Below the pieces are notes generated by a model. The model was not told where the DNA came from. It saw only the letters and a list, made by a program, of their open reading frames with translations, and did no database searches. Made by a program: the position numbers and the translations under genes. From IMG/VR virus record IMGVR_UViG_3300048438_000153, positions 186,001 through 250,000 of that record: a DNA stretch of 64,000 nt; one strand, 5' to 3'. Shown piece by piece: positions 55,999-64,000 of the stretch. Position 1 is the first letter of the stretch, and the number at the start of each line of letters is the position of its first letter.

Positions 55999-56976
55999 TT
56001 AGGAGAGAGCTGACCACCTTATCGTCTCGTCAATCGGATTCCCGTAGGTCAACGTGAATCCCTGATTAGTCTGATTAGATATTGAAGGCATAACACCTTG
56101 TGATGAGGGCTGTACTGAGATCGTGTACTCCGCGCCCTCCAAAGGACATGGGAGAGAGATTTCTTTCTCCGCTTCATTGTCAAAGTCTGAAGATCCGCTC
56201 ACGACACTCTGCTTCAGCGTGCTTCCGACATCGCCAACACAAGTATTGGCGTTCCCACTCAAGTAGAGATTAGAGTTAGTCAGCGCCACATCAAGAACGC
56301 TCGACACAGAAACGAAACTCTGACTGATCATATCGACGAGAGTGATGTCGGGCGCGCGAGCGCCTACTACCTCTAAATGACTCGCCTCAGAAACAGAGAT
56401 AGAACCTTGCCCTGAGAAAGAACATCCTGACGCGAGTACGCTCACCTTAGACGAGCTTAAGAAAGAAGAATCGGGGTGATCAGTCGTGTCAAGAGAACAG
56501 CCGACAAGCTCGATGGATTGCGTTGTGTCTTGCGCGGTAACTTCAATGATCGAAGGGTTATTGTTACCGACGAGATCCCTGATCACAAGACTCAGATTAT
56601 AACCTTTCAACGAAGCATCTGAGAGGGTGATACAGGGCGCGTCCGTTGAGTCTATAACCACCTCTCCCCTTGAGAACATCACCACAGGCTTAGAGATAGA
56701 GAGTGACTCAGAGTAAGTGCCTTGATAAACGACAACCACGCCCCCACTTTGAGGGAGGAAGTCAATGGCTTCCTGTACGCTATTGAAGTCAGCTCCCTGA
56801 TTACTCTTAGAGACAGAAACCACGTCATCGACGGCTCTTTCCCCTACAAGAGCCTTAAGCGAAATGCTCCCGACACTTGTGTCGTAAAACACTAGGCTAG
56901 AGGTTGTGTCTCTTTGGATGTTGGGATGGCTCGCTAGACTACCGAACTGAATCTTATCTGCTTTTATAGGGTTCAT
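55999..56976 (-). CDS. Tail-associated beta-helix (pectin-lyase-like) protein
   Basis: DFNSVQEAID...VVVYQGTYSE..ISKPV cap motif. Late motif at 57012-57027. Confidence 0.7.
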   Translation of the reverse strand: MNPIKADKIQFGSLASHPNIQRDTTSSLVFYDTSVGSISLKALVGERAVDDVVSVSKSNQGADFNSVQEAIDFLPQSGGVVVVYQGTYSESLSISKPVVMFSRGEVVIDSTDAPCITLSDASLKGYNLSLVIRDLVGNNNPSIIEVTAQDTTQSIELVGCSLDTTDHPDSSFLSSSKVSVLASGCSFSGQGSISVSEASHLEVVGARAPDITLVDMISQSFVSVSSVLDVALTNSNLYLSGNANTCVGDVGSTLKQSVVSGSSDFDNEAEKEISLPCPLEGAEYTISVQPSSQGVMPSISNQTNQGFTLTYGNPIDETIRWSALS

Positions 56977-57024
56977 AACCGTTCTCCTTTAGCTCTTCAG
57001 AAAGAGCTGACTATAAACGAGGTA

Positions 57025-57507
57025 CTACTCTTCAAGTCTCTTTCTATGTCTCTTGACAGCGCGGTAACAGTTAGACCTGTCAGTAAAGCCCGCTATTTTG
57101 GCGATCTTTTCATAAGACCAGCCATTTTTCTTTCTTAACTTGTAAGCGAACTCCGCTCTCTTGTCTATGAAAGGGTTAGGTAGGCTCTTGTCCTCACAAT
57201 ATCTTCTGATTCGATAGTAAACCTTGTCTTTGTGAAGCCCTACAAGCTGAGAAATATCCCGAACGCTCATGCCGTTCATAAAAAGCGCATGAAGGTAGTC
57301 TCCGTTGTATTTTCTAGTAGGCAAAGGATAGGGTGCGCTCGTCTTTCTCGCGTACTTGACGACCTGATACCTCACTCTTTCTTTCTTAATGCCCAAAGCA
57401 TACGCGATCTCTCGGTATGTCATGCCCTGAGAATAGAGGCTGTAAGCCTCGAAAGAAAGGGTGTCTAGTCCTCCCAAATCTGACTCCACCAACAGGCACA
57501 ATCCCAC
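57025..57507 (-). CDS. Protein with three tandem HTH motifs
   Basis: GMTYREIAYALG, GMSVRDISQLVG, GWSYEKIAKIAG. Confidence 0.75.
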   Translation of the reverse strand: MGLCLLVESDLGGLDTLSFEAYSLYSQGMTYREIAYALGIKKERVRYQVVKYARKTSAPYPLPTRKYNGDYLHALFMNGMSVRDISQLVGLHKDKVYYRIRRYCEDKSLPNPFIDKRAEFAYKLRKKNGWSYEKIAKIAGFTDRSNCYRAVKRHRKRLEE

Positions 57508-58415
57508 TTGTTAGCGGTGATATGGTGATGTCCTACAACGCCTGTAAAAGAACTCGTCATGTAACTCTTATCCATGACTCCATGATAGAAATCTCCCTCG
57601 TAGGACTGACCGTCCACACCGCGAGGACACTGATAAGGGATGTCGAGCACGTCGCAGAGAGACTTAATCGCCTCACGAACTGCGAGCGCGACTCTTGGGT
57701 CAAGCGTCAAGACCTTCTTGTCTCCGCGCCCTGTTGTGTTCTCTTCCACTGAAAGATTGTAGCCTTTTTTAGTGTAGTGGTCTTTCCACTTCAGGCTAGG
57801 TTGCTGACAGATGTCGATCCCTACTGAATAAGAGTTTGACCAACCTCCATGCCACGACTTGTGGTTGAGGTCGAGATACTGATAAATCGTAGGATCTCCG
57901 CTAGGGCTAAGTCCGATACCCGCATGACTAGAAACCTTTCTGTCAGGGTTTGAGAATATCCTATGACAGTGTGTGGGGTCGAGCCCTCCCCAATGCACGA
58001 CGATGAACGTAGGCTTTCTGCCGTTTCTAGAAGAGAAGTGACCAAAGCGGTGGAGATCAAGACCACCACTCTGATCGAAGTTGATAGTATGAACGTCTCC
58101 ATCAATCTCTACGTTGATGCGCCTGTCGTTCAGTGTCCAAAAGGGTTGGGTATCGTCAACGTGATCGAATTTCTTAAGGAGAACTGACCATGTTCCGCGC
58201 CCCATCTTACCATCTACTTGACTACCTGAGCCGTAGGTGTCTTCTTGGAAAGACTCAACCGCTAAAGCGAACTCTACTGAGTCATAAGGCGCGTCGAGAT
58301 TCGGATATGCTTCTATAGCACCACAGGGGATAGAACCGCCCCAACCGACACTTGAAGATGCTTTCAGATTGTAAGTGCAAGCACTCTTTTTCGTCTGTGT
58401 GATCAAACTTGACAT
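57465..58415 (-). CDS. Endolysin: N-acetylmuramoyl-L-alanine amidase (Amidase_2) with PG-binding N-terminus
   Basis: AVESFQ...VDGKMGRGTW PG-binding motif; IVVHWG, SSHAGI, WHGG..NSYSVGIDI, GHHH...KWDC. Confidence 0.85.
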   Translation of the reverse strand: MSSLITQTKKSACTYNLKASSSVGWGGSIPCGAIEAYPNLDAPYDSVEFALAVESFQEDTYGSGSQVDGKMGRGTWSVLLKKFDHVDDTQPFWTLNDRRINVEIDGDVHTINFDQSGGLDLHRFGHFSSRNGRKPTFIVVHWGGLDPTHCHRIFSNPDRKVSSHAGIGLSPSGDPTIYQYLDLNHKSWHGGWSNSYSVGIDICQQPSLKWKDHYTKKGYNLSVEENTTGRGDKKVLTLDPRVALAVREAIKSLCDVLDIPYQCPRGVDGQSYEGDFYHGVMDKSYMTSSFTGVVGHHHITANKWDCACWWSQIWED

Positions 58416-58417
58416 AA

Positions 58418-58451
58418 AATGACCTCTTTTCTTTCTTAAAGAAGGTTATTG
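58418..58451 (-). promoter_or_regulatory. Variant late motif (CAATA-N6-TTTAA) with hairpin covering the endolysin RBS
   Basis: AAUAACCUUCUUU pairs imperfectly with AAAGAGGUCAUU. Confidence 0.5.
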
Positions 58452-58464
58452 AGAGAGGAAAGCA

Positions 58465-59832
58465 ATGAGCTTCCGTTTATTTATACCCGACATTGAAGAA
58501 ATATCAGCTCTCCTAGTCTGCTCCCACGCCTCTAGTGGGAAAACTGTCGCGATCTGTAGAAATGGGCAAGTTTTCACTAACTTATCAGCCAAGTCTACAG
58601 TCAATCAATGGACTCCTCGACACCATTTCGTACAAAAAGCATTCTTAGAGATCATTGGCGAGGGTGATGGAGGGAAGCTAGGTTGCTTTCTCGCTATTTC
58701 TCTCATCAGAAGTTTAGCCAAACACAAACATGGTGGGCATCCTGATCTTACGAGGGAAGTGCTCAGCCACCTCCCTGAAATAGAAGCTCAGATTATCTCA
58801 AGATCGAGGGGCGCAGGAAGAAATGATCTCGTCAGCCTAGCTCAAGACTTGCCCTTTGCTGAGAGACTCGCCGATGCGGTTTTTCTATCAGGAGCGGAGT
58901 CTCATATATCCCTTGAGAAATACGAAGGTATTGGGTGTGAAGTCGTTGAGTCCGAGAGTCTATACTCTGAAGTGCGCTCAATGGGCGTGTCAGAGCAAGT
59001 CTCTCTCAAGGGCGCTATGGTAGCTCTAATCCCTAAGAGGCTATCTTCTTTCCAAGATATAGCTGAGCCCTTAGAGCTCATGGGTTCTTTCCCAAATAGA
59101 CCTCTTCTGATTGTTGCCCCGATGATCAGGGGGGAAGCACTCGCCACTATTAAGAAGAACAGAGATGGTGGTGTCGTTGAAGTATACGGTGTTGAAGCCC
59201 CTCTAGTCTCATGGGGGCGCGGTTGGTTAGAGGATATCGCCTCTTTCACAGGAGGGACGCTCTACGACCCTATGGTATACTCTGAATACGGCTTAGAGAT
59301 GTACGGCTCAGCGAGAGAAGTAACTCTCAAGCCTAATGAGATCATCATAGAACCTTATGATGATCACGCTGAATGCACCGCGCAGAGAATCAGTCAGCTT
59401 CTACATGAGGCGAGTCAGTCACCTCACGCGCACACAAGGGACTTGTGGAGAAAGAGGGCGTCCATGCTCGGAGGAACTCTTATTCGCTTGAAAGTGGGAG
59501 GGGTGACTGAAGCAGAGGGGCGCGTGAATAGGAATAAGGCAGAAAAGGCGATCACCTCTATGGGTATGATGTTACAAGGAGGTTGCGTGGAGGGTGTTAT
59601 CCCAATTCTTTCAGAAATACAGGGGGTACACCCTATTGTTGACCGAGCTTTGTTAGCTCCGCTTAGAGTAGTCGCGCTCAACAACAACATCGCTAACCTA
59701 GAGAGTGCTAAATCTCTTTCTCCTCGATTAAGAGATCCATTCCCGACAGAAAGAGCTCTCTCGTTGGTTCGGAAAAGCTTTTCAGTAGCCACCACGCTTT
59801 GTTCAGTTGCTAAGATTATTAAGGGGAAGTAA
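58465..59832 (+). CDS. Divergent GroEL-like chaperonin
   Basis: GEGDGG, RPLLIVA..IRGEALAT, VEAP....WLEDIASFTGG, IRLKVGGVTEAE, GCVEG: GroEL layout with ATP-site motifs altered. Confidence 0.8.
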   Translation: MSFRLFIPDIEEISALLVCSHASSGKTVAICRNGQVFTNLSAKSTVNQWTPRHHFVQKAFLEIIGEGDGGKLGCFLAISLIRSLAKHKHGGHPDLTREVLSHLPEIEAQIISRSRGAGRNDLVSLAQDLPFAERLADAVFLSGAESHISLEKYEGIGCEVVESESLYSEVRSMGVSEQVSLKGAMVALIPKRLSSFQDIAEPLELMGSFPNRPLLIVAPMIRGEALATIKKNRDGGVVEVYGVEAPLVSWGRGWLEDIASFTGGTLYDPMVYSEYGLEMYGSAREVTLKPNEIIIEPYDDHAECTAQRISQLLHEASQSPHAHTRDLWRKRASMLGGTLIRLKVGGVTEAEGRVNRNKAEKAITSMGMMLQGGCVEGVIPILSEIQGVHPIVDRALLAPLRVVALNNNIANLESAKSLSPRLRDPFPTERALSLVRKSFSVATTLCSVAKIIKGK

Positions 59833-59940
59833 ATGATAGAAATAAAGATAGATAACGGCACAGAAAGACTCAAGGGTCTAGAGGATAACTCTGTGGGCGC
59901 AATCATCTGTGATCCTCTATGTATAAGGATTAAGAAATGA
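59833..59940 (+). pseudogene. 35 aa internally deleted copy of the methyltransferase N-terminal gene
   Basis: MIEIKIDNGTERLKGLEDNSVGAIICDPLCIRIKK matches both the start and the end of 60254-60835. Confidence 0.75.
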
Positions 59941-60257
59941 TCATCACATTACTTAGAAAACCCTTAGAGGGGACAGTAGCTGAAAACACCCTTAAACATG
60001 GATGTGGGGCGATTAATATAGATGCCACTAGAGTTTCTTTTGATGATAACGAAAGCATCAATTTCAAAGCCCGACAAAGACAGCAAACAGCTTCCTACAA
60101 AGAGAGCGGGTGGTCTGGTCATGTCGCGCAAGTTGGTTCTGACATACAGATGTATAAAGAAAAGGGCAGATGGCCTGCTAACTTCTTCTTAACTAGTAAT
60201 ATCAAATGTGAAGGGTCAAATTTTTTTAAGCAGTTCAAGAAAGATAATGACCAATGA
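59937..60257 (+). CDS. DNA methyltransferase, middle fragment
   Basis: RKPLEGTVAENTLKHGCGAINIDATR...GRWPAN, the insert region of phage beta-class N6/N4 MTases. Confidence 0.7.
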   Translation: MIITLLRKPLEGTVAENTLKHGCGAINIDATRVSFDDNESINFKARQRQQTASYKESGWSGHVAQVGSDIQMYKEKGRWPANFFLTSNIKCEGSNFFKQFKKDNDQ

Positions 60258-60835
60258 TAGAAATAAAGATAGGTGATTGTGTAGATCGCCTCAAAGACCT
60301 AGAAGATAACTCAGTTGACGCAATCATCTGCGACCCTCCTTATGGACTTAAGTTTATGTCTAAAGGATGGGATGACATCGGTGACGGTAGTCAGCAGAGA
60401 GAATGGCATAGAGCTTGGCTAACTGAAGCCCACAGAGTTCTTAAGTCAAGTGGAGTCCTCAAGGCTTTCTCAGGCACAAGGACTTTCCATCATCTGATAG
60501 CGATGATGGAAGAAATAGGCTTCTCAGAGTTACGGGTAGAAGCATGGACTTACGGATCAGGCTTCCCAAAGTCACATAGCCTCTCGAAACAGTTTGAAAA
60601 GAGAGCGGGTGTAGAAGGTGATATAGTCGGTTACTCTAAGGGGGTTTCAGTGGAAGACTCTCAAGGCTACGGAGGGATCGGAAGAGGCGCTGTGGGTATT
60701 GTTCAGAAAGTAGTAGACTTACCTGTGAGAGCTCTCGTCACAGAAGAGGCAAAGACTTGGGAAGGTTGGGGGACTGCGCTCAAACCCTCATGGGAGCCTG
60801 TGTGTGTAGGGATTAAGAAAGAAAAACATGAGTAA
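60254..60835 (+). CDS. DNA methyltransferase, N-terminal catalytic fragment
   Basis: GDC...DNSVDAIICDPPYG, RVLK, WTYGSGFPKS, GWGTALKPSWEP; no FxGxG. Confidence 0.88.
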   Translation: MIEIKIGDCVDRLKDLEDNSVDAIICDPPYGLKFMSKGWDDIGDGSQQREWHRAWLTEAHRVLKSSGVLKAFSGTRTFHHLIAMMEEIGFSELRVEAWTYGSGFPKSHSLSKQFEKRAGVEGDIVGYSKGVSVEDSQGYGGIGRGAVGIVQKVVDLPVRALVTEEAKTWEGWGTALKPSWEPVCVGIKKEKHE

Positions 60836-61046
60836 AGAGTACGAGAAAGTAGACCACCCTGACCACTATCAGAGTGAGCGCATCGAAGCCATCGACGTGA
60901 TAGAGGCTTTCCGCCTCAACTTTTCTTTAGGGTCTGCGGTCAAGTACATCTTGAGAGCGGGAAAGAAACCTTCAGAGAAAGCCACTGAAGACCTCAGTAA
61001 AGCCGTTTGGTATCTACAGAGAGAAATTGAGCGCAGAAAACAATGA
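60828..61046 (+). CDS. DUF3310 family protein (T7 gp1.7-like)
   Basis: VDHPDHY...IEAIDVI...GSAVKYILRAGKK...EDLSKAVWYL. Confidence 0.88.
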   Translation: MSKEYEKVDHPDHYQSERIEAIDVIEAFRLNFSLGSAVKYILRAGKKPSEKATEDLSKAVWYLQREIERRKQ

Positions 61047-61519
61047 ACCCTAAGCATCTTAGAGTAAGAGTCGCTCAGTGCGATTTGATATCCTCAAACT
61101 CTCCATGCCCTCGTAGGAAAGTGGGTGCTCTTATCATTGACCCTCAGACTAATGTGGTAATCAGCGAGGGTTACAACGGCACTCCTAGAGGATCAGACAA
61201 AAGATACTGCGGTGGGGAGTATCTCTGTGAACGCGAAGAGATGGCTATCCCGAGCGGGACGAGAAACGATGTCGGATGTCACCACGCAGAAATGAACGCA
61301 ATACTTAATGCTTCAAGGGTAGGGCAATCTACACTTGGAAAATGGCTTATCGCCAACTGCGACCCATGCCTGATGTGCGCGAAAGCGATACATCATGCTG
61401 GTATTGAGAAACTATTCGCCCCCAACCTATCTTCGGGAGATCACATAGAGGGTCTTGAATATCTCAAGAATAATGGCATCTCACTCGAAGCACTGCCTAC
61501 CACAGAGGAAGACCCATGA
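61043..61519 (+). CDS. dCMP deaminase
   Basis: RRKVGA, GYNG, HAEMNAI, PCLMCAKAI. Confidence 0.92.
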   Translation: MNPKHLRVRVAQCDLISSNSPCPRRKVGALIIDPQTNVVISEGYNGTPRGSDKRYCGGEYLCEREEMAIPSGTRNDVGCHHAEMNAILNASRVGQSTLGKWLIANCDPCLMCAKAIHHAGIEKLFAPNLSSGDHIEGLEYLKNNGISLEALPTTEEDP

Positions 61520-62217
61520 AAGAAATGATCGACTATTTCCTAGCGATGATAACCCCTCCGATTGAGGACGCTTTAGTTCTCGTCTCAAAGCCTTCAGAAA
61601 TAGACTATGATAAGTATCTAGACAACAGTGGGATAATCCCAACCTATAAGCCCTCTGTTCATGGATTAATATTACTTTCCGAACCCACTGAGAAAGAGGC
61701 GGAGCTTATTTTCTCAATACTTAAACCTGGCGCCCACATCGTGCTAATCCCAAGCGAAGACACCCTAATCGGACATAAGGGTGTCATAGAGTTAGAGGAC
61801 ATTGGATGTGAGGTTCGAGATGCAATCTTTGTAGCAGAAGACGCTGAGAGCTTTTATTACACGTCAAAAGCGAGCCGTTCAGAAAGAGAATCGGGATTAA
61901 CACCTGAGAAAGAGGGGGCGCGAGCTAACACACATCCTACAGTGAAGCCCATTTCTATCATGGAGTGGTGCGCTAGAGACACCCCACCCAACTCCACTGT
62001 TGTAGACCCATTCTTAGGCTCGGGTACGACAGGCATTGCGATGTCTCGTTTAGGGCATTGCTTTGTGGGGATAGAGCTTCAGCCTGAGTACGCTAAAATC
62101 TGCGAGGCGCGTATTCGGTATTGGATGCCCATAGGCACTGAGGTTAACTCTGAAGCAGAGGTAGGAAAGACCGAAGAGAAAGAGGGGAGGACTCTTTCCA
62201 TCTTCGACCTCTTCTAA
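61516..62217 (+). CDS. DNA methyltransferase, SAM-binding fragment with degenerate N-terminal half
   Basis: FYYTSKASRSER, HPTVKP, VDPFLGSGTT, GIE. Upstream ILKPGAH...EDIGCEVRDAI but no DPPY. Confidence 0.85.
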   Translation: MKEMIDYFLAMITPPIEDALVLVSKPSEIDYDKYLDNSGIIPTYKPSVHGLILLSEPTEKEAELIFSILKPGAHIVLIPSEDTLIGHKGVIELEDIGCEVRDAIFVAEDAESFYYTSKASRSERESGLTPEKEGARANTHPTVKPISIMEWCARDTPPNSTVVDPFLGSGTTGIAMSRLGHCFVGIELQPEYAKICEARIRYWMPIGTEVNSEAEVGKTEEKEGRTLSIFDLF

Positions 62218-62385
62218 TATCTCTCGTACCATCGCTCTGCTTTGTACTCAGGACTCTCTATTTTCACTGAGAAGAACAGAGGGAGCAGAGAGATAAAAAG
62301 TAAGAATAAAAAACACATCAAATAGCCTCCTTAGTTAGTATACACACAGTATGTGGATGTAAGACTTATCGAAAGGAGATTACAT

Positions 62386-63036
62386 ATGATACTTGGATTA
62401 GACCCCTCTCTCCGAAACTTCGGATGGGTTCTCATGGAAGATGACGGCATCTTCTTAGACAAAGGAATGATGTCTACAGAAGCGAGCATGGTCTTCGTTG
62501 AGAGGTATGTCTTTCTCAGAGAAGGTCTGCGAGAAGTCGTTCAGAAAGTACGAGCAGATCACCCTGATAAGACGCTCAGAGTAGGTATCGAGTCACCCAT
62601 CTTCAACGACCTTTACTCTGAGGGTATGTACGGACTCTTTCTCTACTCTAACGAAGCTCTCATGCTAGAGAAGTGTGACACGGTGTACTTGTCGCCCAAT
62701 CAAGTCAAAGCTCACGCCGCTTCTTTCTTAAATCGACCGAAAGGGTGGAAGATGCAGAAAGGAGACATGGTGGACGCGGTTAAGGAAGCCACTGAGGGTC
62801 AGGGCGCGAAGAGGTGGAATCACCACCAAGCAGACGCTTATTGGGTCGGGCGCACTGCGGGTCGGTTTTGGCAACTGACCGAGGGTACGATCACCCGAGA
62901 TGATCTCTCAGACTTAGAGCGTAGGCAATTCACTGATTATGAGAAATATGTGCGCGGAAAGAAGGCGGGCAAGACCAAAAGGAAAGGCATAACCTACAAG
63001 GAAAACGACAGATATTTCCGTTGGTCTGAAGATTAA
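62386..63036 (+). CDS. ruvC: RuvC-like Holliday junction resolvase
   Basis: MILGLDPSLRNFGW, GIESP, PNQVK, HHQADAY. Start moved to ATG 62386 after AAGGAG. Confidence 0.85.
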   Translation: MILGLDPSLRNFGWVLMEDDGIFLDKGMMSTEASMVFVERYVFLREGLREVVQKVRADHPDKTLRVGIESPIFNDLYSEGMYGLFLYSNEALMLEKCDTVYLSPNQVKAHAASFLNRPKGWKMQKGDMVDAVKEATEGQGAKRWNHHQADAYWVGRTAGRFWQLTEGTITRDDLSDLERRQFTDYEKYVRGKKAGKTKRKGITYKENDRYFRWSED

Positions 63037-63119
63037 GTTTTTTATTCGGTGTGCGCCCTCACGACTCTGATATAAGGGTGTGTCACCTTTGATCCCTAAG
63101 AGGAAAGGAAGCCGAGAAC

Positions 63120-64000
63120 ATGGCTAAAGGAAAGAGAAAGACAGATTTAATGGCGGCGGCAAAAGTCGTAGCAGGCGTTTTGAAAGAGGATCATGTTGTT
63201 TCTCTCGACCCAAACAGTCTTAAAGAAAGCAGACCTCACGTTTCAACAGGGTCAGTAGCTCTCGATTATCTCATCGGGGGGAAAGAGAACGAACATGGAG
63301 TGCGCCCATGTCCAGGAATACCGAAAGGAAATATCACAAACCTTTACGGCTTGGCGGGTGCGGGAAAGACTACAATCGCGCTTCAGACTGCCGCTCAGGT
63401 GTGCGCGGAGGGCGGTACTTGTGTTTATATTGATTGGGAGCACGAAGTTGACCATAGATACGCCTCAGTCTTAGGTGTTCCTGTTTCTGACCCCTCCAAG
63501 TTTCTCCTGATTCAGCCTGATACTCTTGAGGCGGGACTGCGCTACATCTTTACCATGACTGATGCGGGAGTAGACCTCATCGTCATCGACTCTGTGGGCG
63601 CGGCTGTTCCGAAAGCCGTCTTTGAAAAGAATGACGATGGCCCTACGCCCGTAGGTCTTAACGCTCGTCTTTGGAGCACCTACCTCCCTAAGATCAAGAG
63701 TAAGATCAAATCCTCTGAGACTGCAATAATAGGCATTTCTCAGCTCCGTGAGTCCATCGGGGGAATGTCCTTCGCAGGCCCTAAGAAGATCCCTCAAGGT
63801 GGTAAGGCTTGGACGTTCTACTCGACCCTTCAGATTATGCTTCGCGTAGTCGGAAAAGAGAAAGGAAAACAGTGGGACGGTATGCAAGGAAAGGTCGTGG
63901 AAACCGTACTCGGTACTGCGGTGAGGGCGAAGCTCGACAAGTGCAAGGTTTCTGACTCGGCGCACAAGGAAGTTGATTTCTATCTGATGTCGGGAGAAGG
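63120..64000 (+). CDS. recA: RecA-family recombinase (partial; runs off the right edge, absent from the ORF track)
   Basis: AAGGA RBS. STGSVALDYLIG, GLAGAGKTT, YIDWEH, QPDTLE, LIVIDSVGA, ISQLRE, GGKAWTFYS. Confidence 0.95.
   Translation, partial: MAKGKRKTDLMAAAKVVAGVLKEDHVVSLDPNSLKESRPHVSTGSVALDYLIGGKENEHGVRPCPGIPKGNITNLYGLAGAGKTTIALQTAAQVCAEGGTCVYIDWEHEVDHRYASVLGVPVSDPSKFLLIQPDTLEAGLRYIFTMTDAGVDLIVIDSVGAAVPKAVFEKNDDGPTPVGLNARLWSTYLPKIKSKIKSSETAIIGISQLRESIGGMSFAGPKKIPQGGKAWTFYSTLQIMLRVVGKEKGKQWDGMQGKVVETVLGTAVRAKLDKCKVSDSAHKEVDFYLMSGE

Noticed and set aside
63252-63965. Minus-strand ORFs of 67 and 164 aa
   Set aside because: Antisense to recA.
1-64000. Stop-codon reassignment as seen in some large phages; tRNA genes
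   Set aside because: Conserved genes are full length in code 11 and end in TAA, TAG and TGA. No cloverleaf was recognised by eye (tRNAscan not run).

Overview
A 64 kb segment of a large, jumbo-type tailed dsDNA phage read in the standard code. No rRNA, tRNA or CRISPR array was recognised. Minus strand, 1-16.6 kb: head and packaging module (scaffold-like protein running off the left edge, prohead protease, portal, intein-containing terminase large subunit, several putative head proteins). 16.7-34 kb: nucleotide metabolism and replication genes (PIN-PhoH, ThyX, SSB, RecD2, NrdA/NrdB, clamp-loader delta and delta-prime) mixed with putative late genes and a lipoprotein / class III nucleotidyl cyclase / 2TM membrane operon. 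An AT-rich, strand-skewed non-coding tract lies at about 33.8-34.3 kb. 35-58 kb: a 1737 aa SNF2 protein, two repeat-built tail fibres of about 1800 aa, DnaX, a NusG paralogue, a tandem sigma-region-4 protein and an amidase endolysin. Plus strand, 58.5-64 kb: degenerate GroEL, a DNA methyltransferase broken into permuted pieces, DUF3310, dCMP deaminase, RuvC-like resolvase and RecA running off the right edge. Main unexplained signals: (1) about 15 copies of a late-promoter-like motif, NRRTA-N5-TTTAT, many forming or adjoining the 5' arm of an RNA hairpin that buries the downstream RBS; (2) a phage-borne lipoprotein-cyclase-membrane protein module; (3) a pervasive [KR]-x-A-S motif in putative head proteins; (4) the split, permuted methyltransferase. 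All family assignments come from motif recognition by eye, not database searches.
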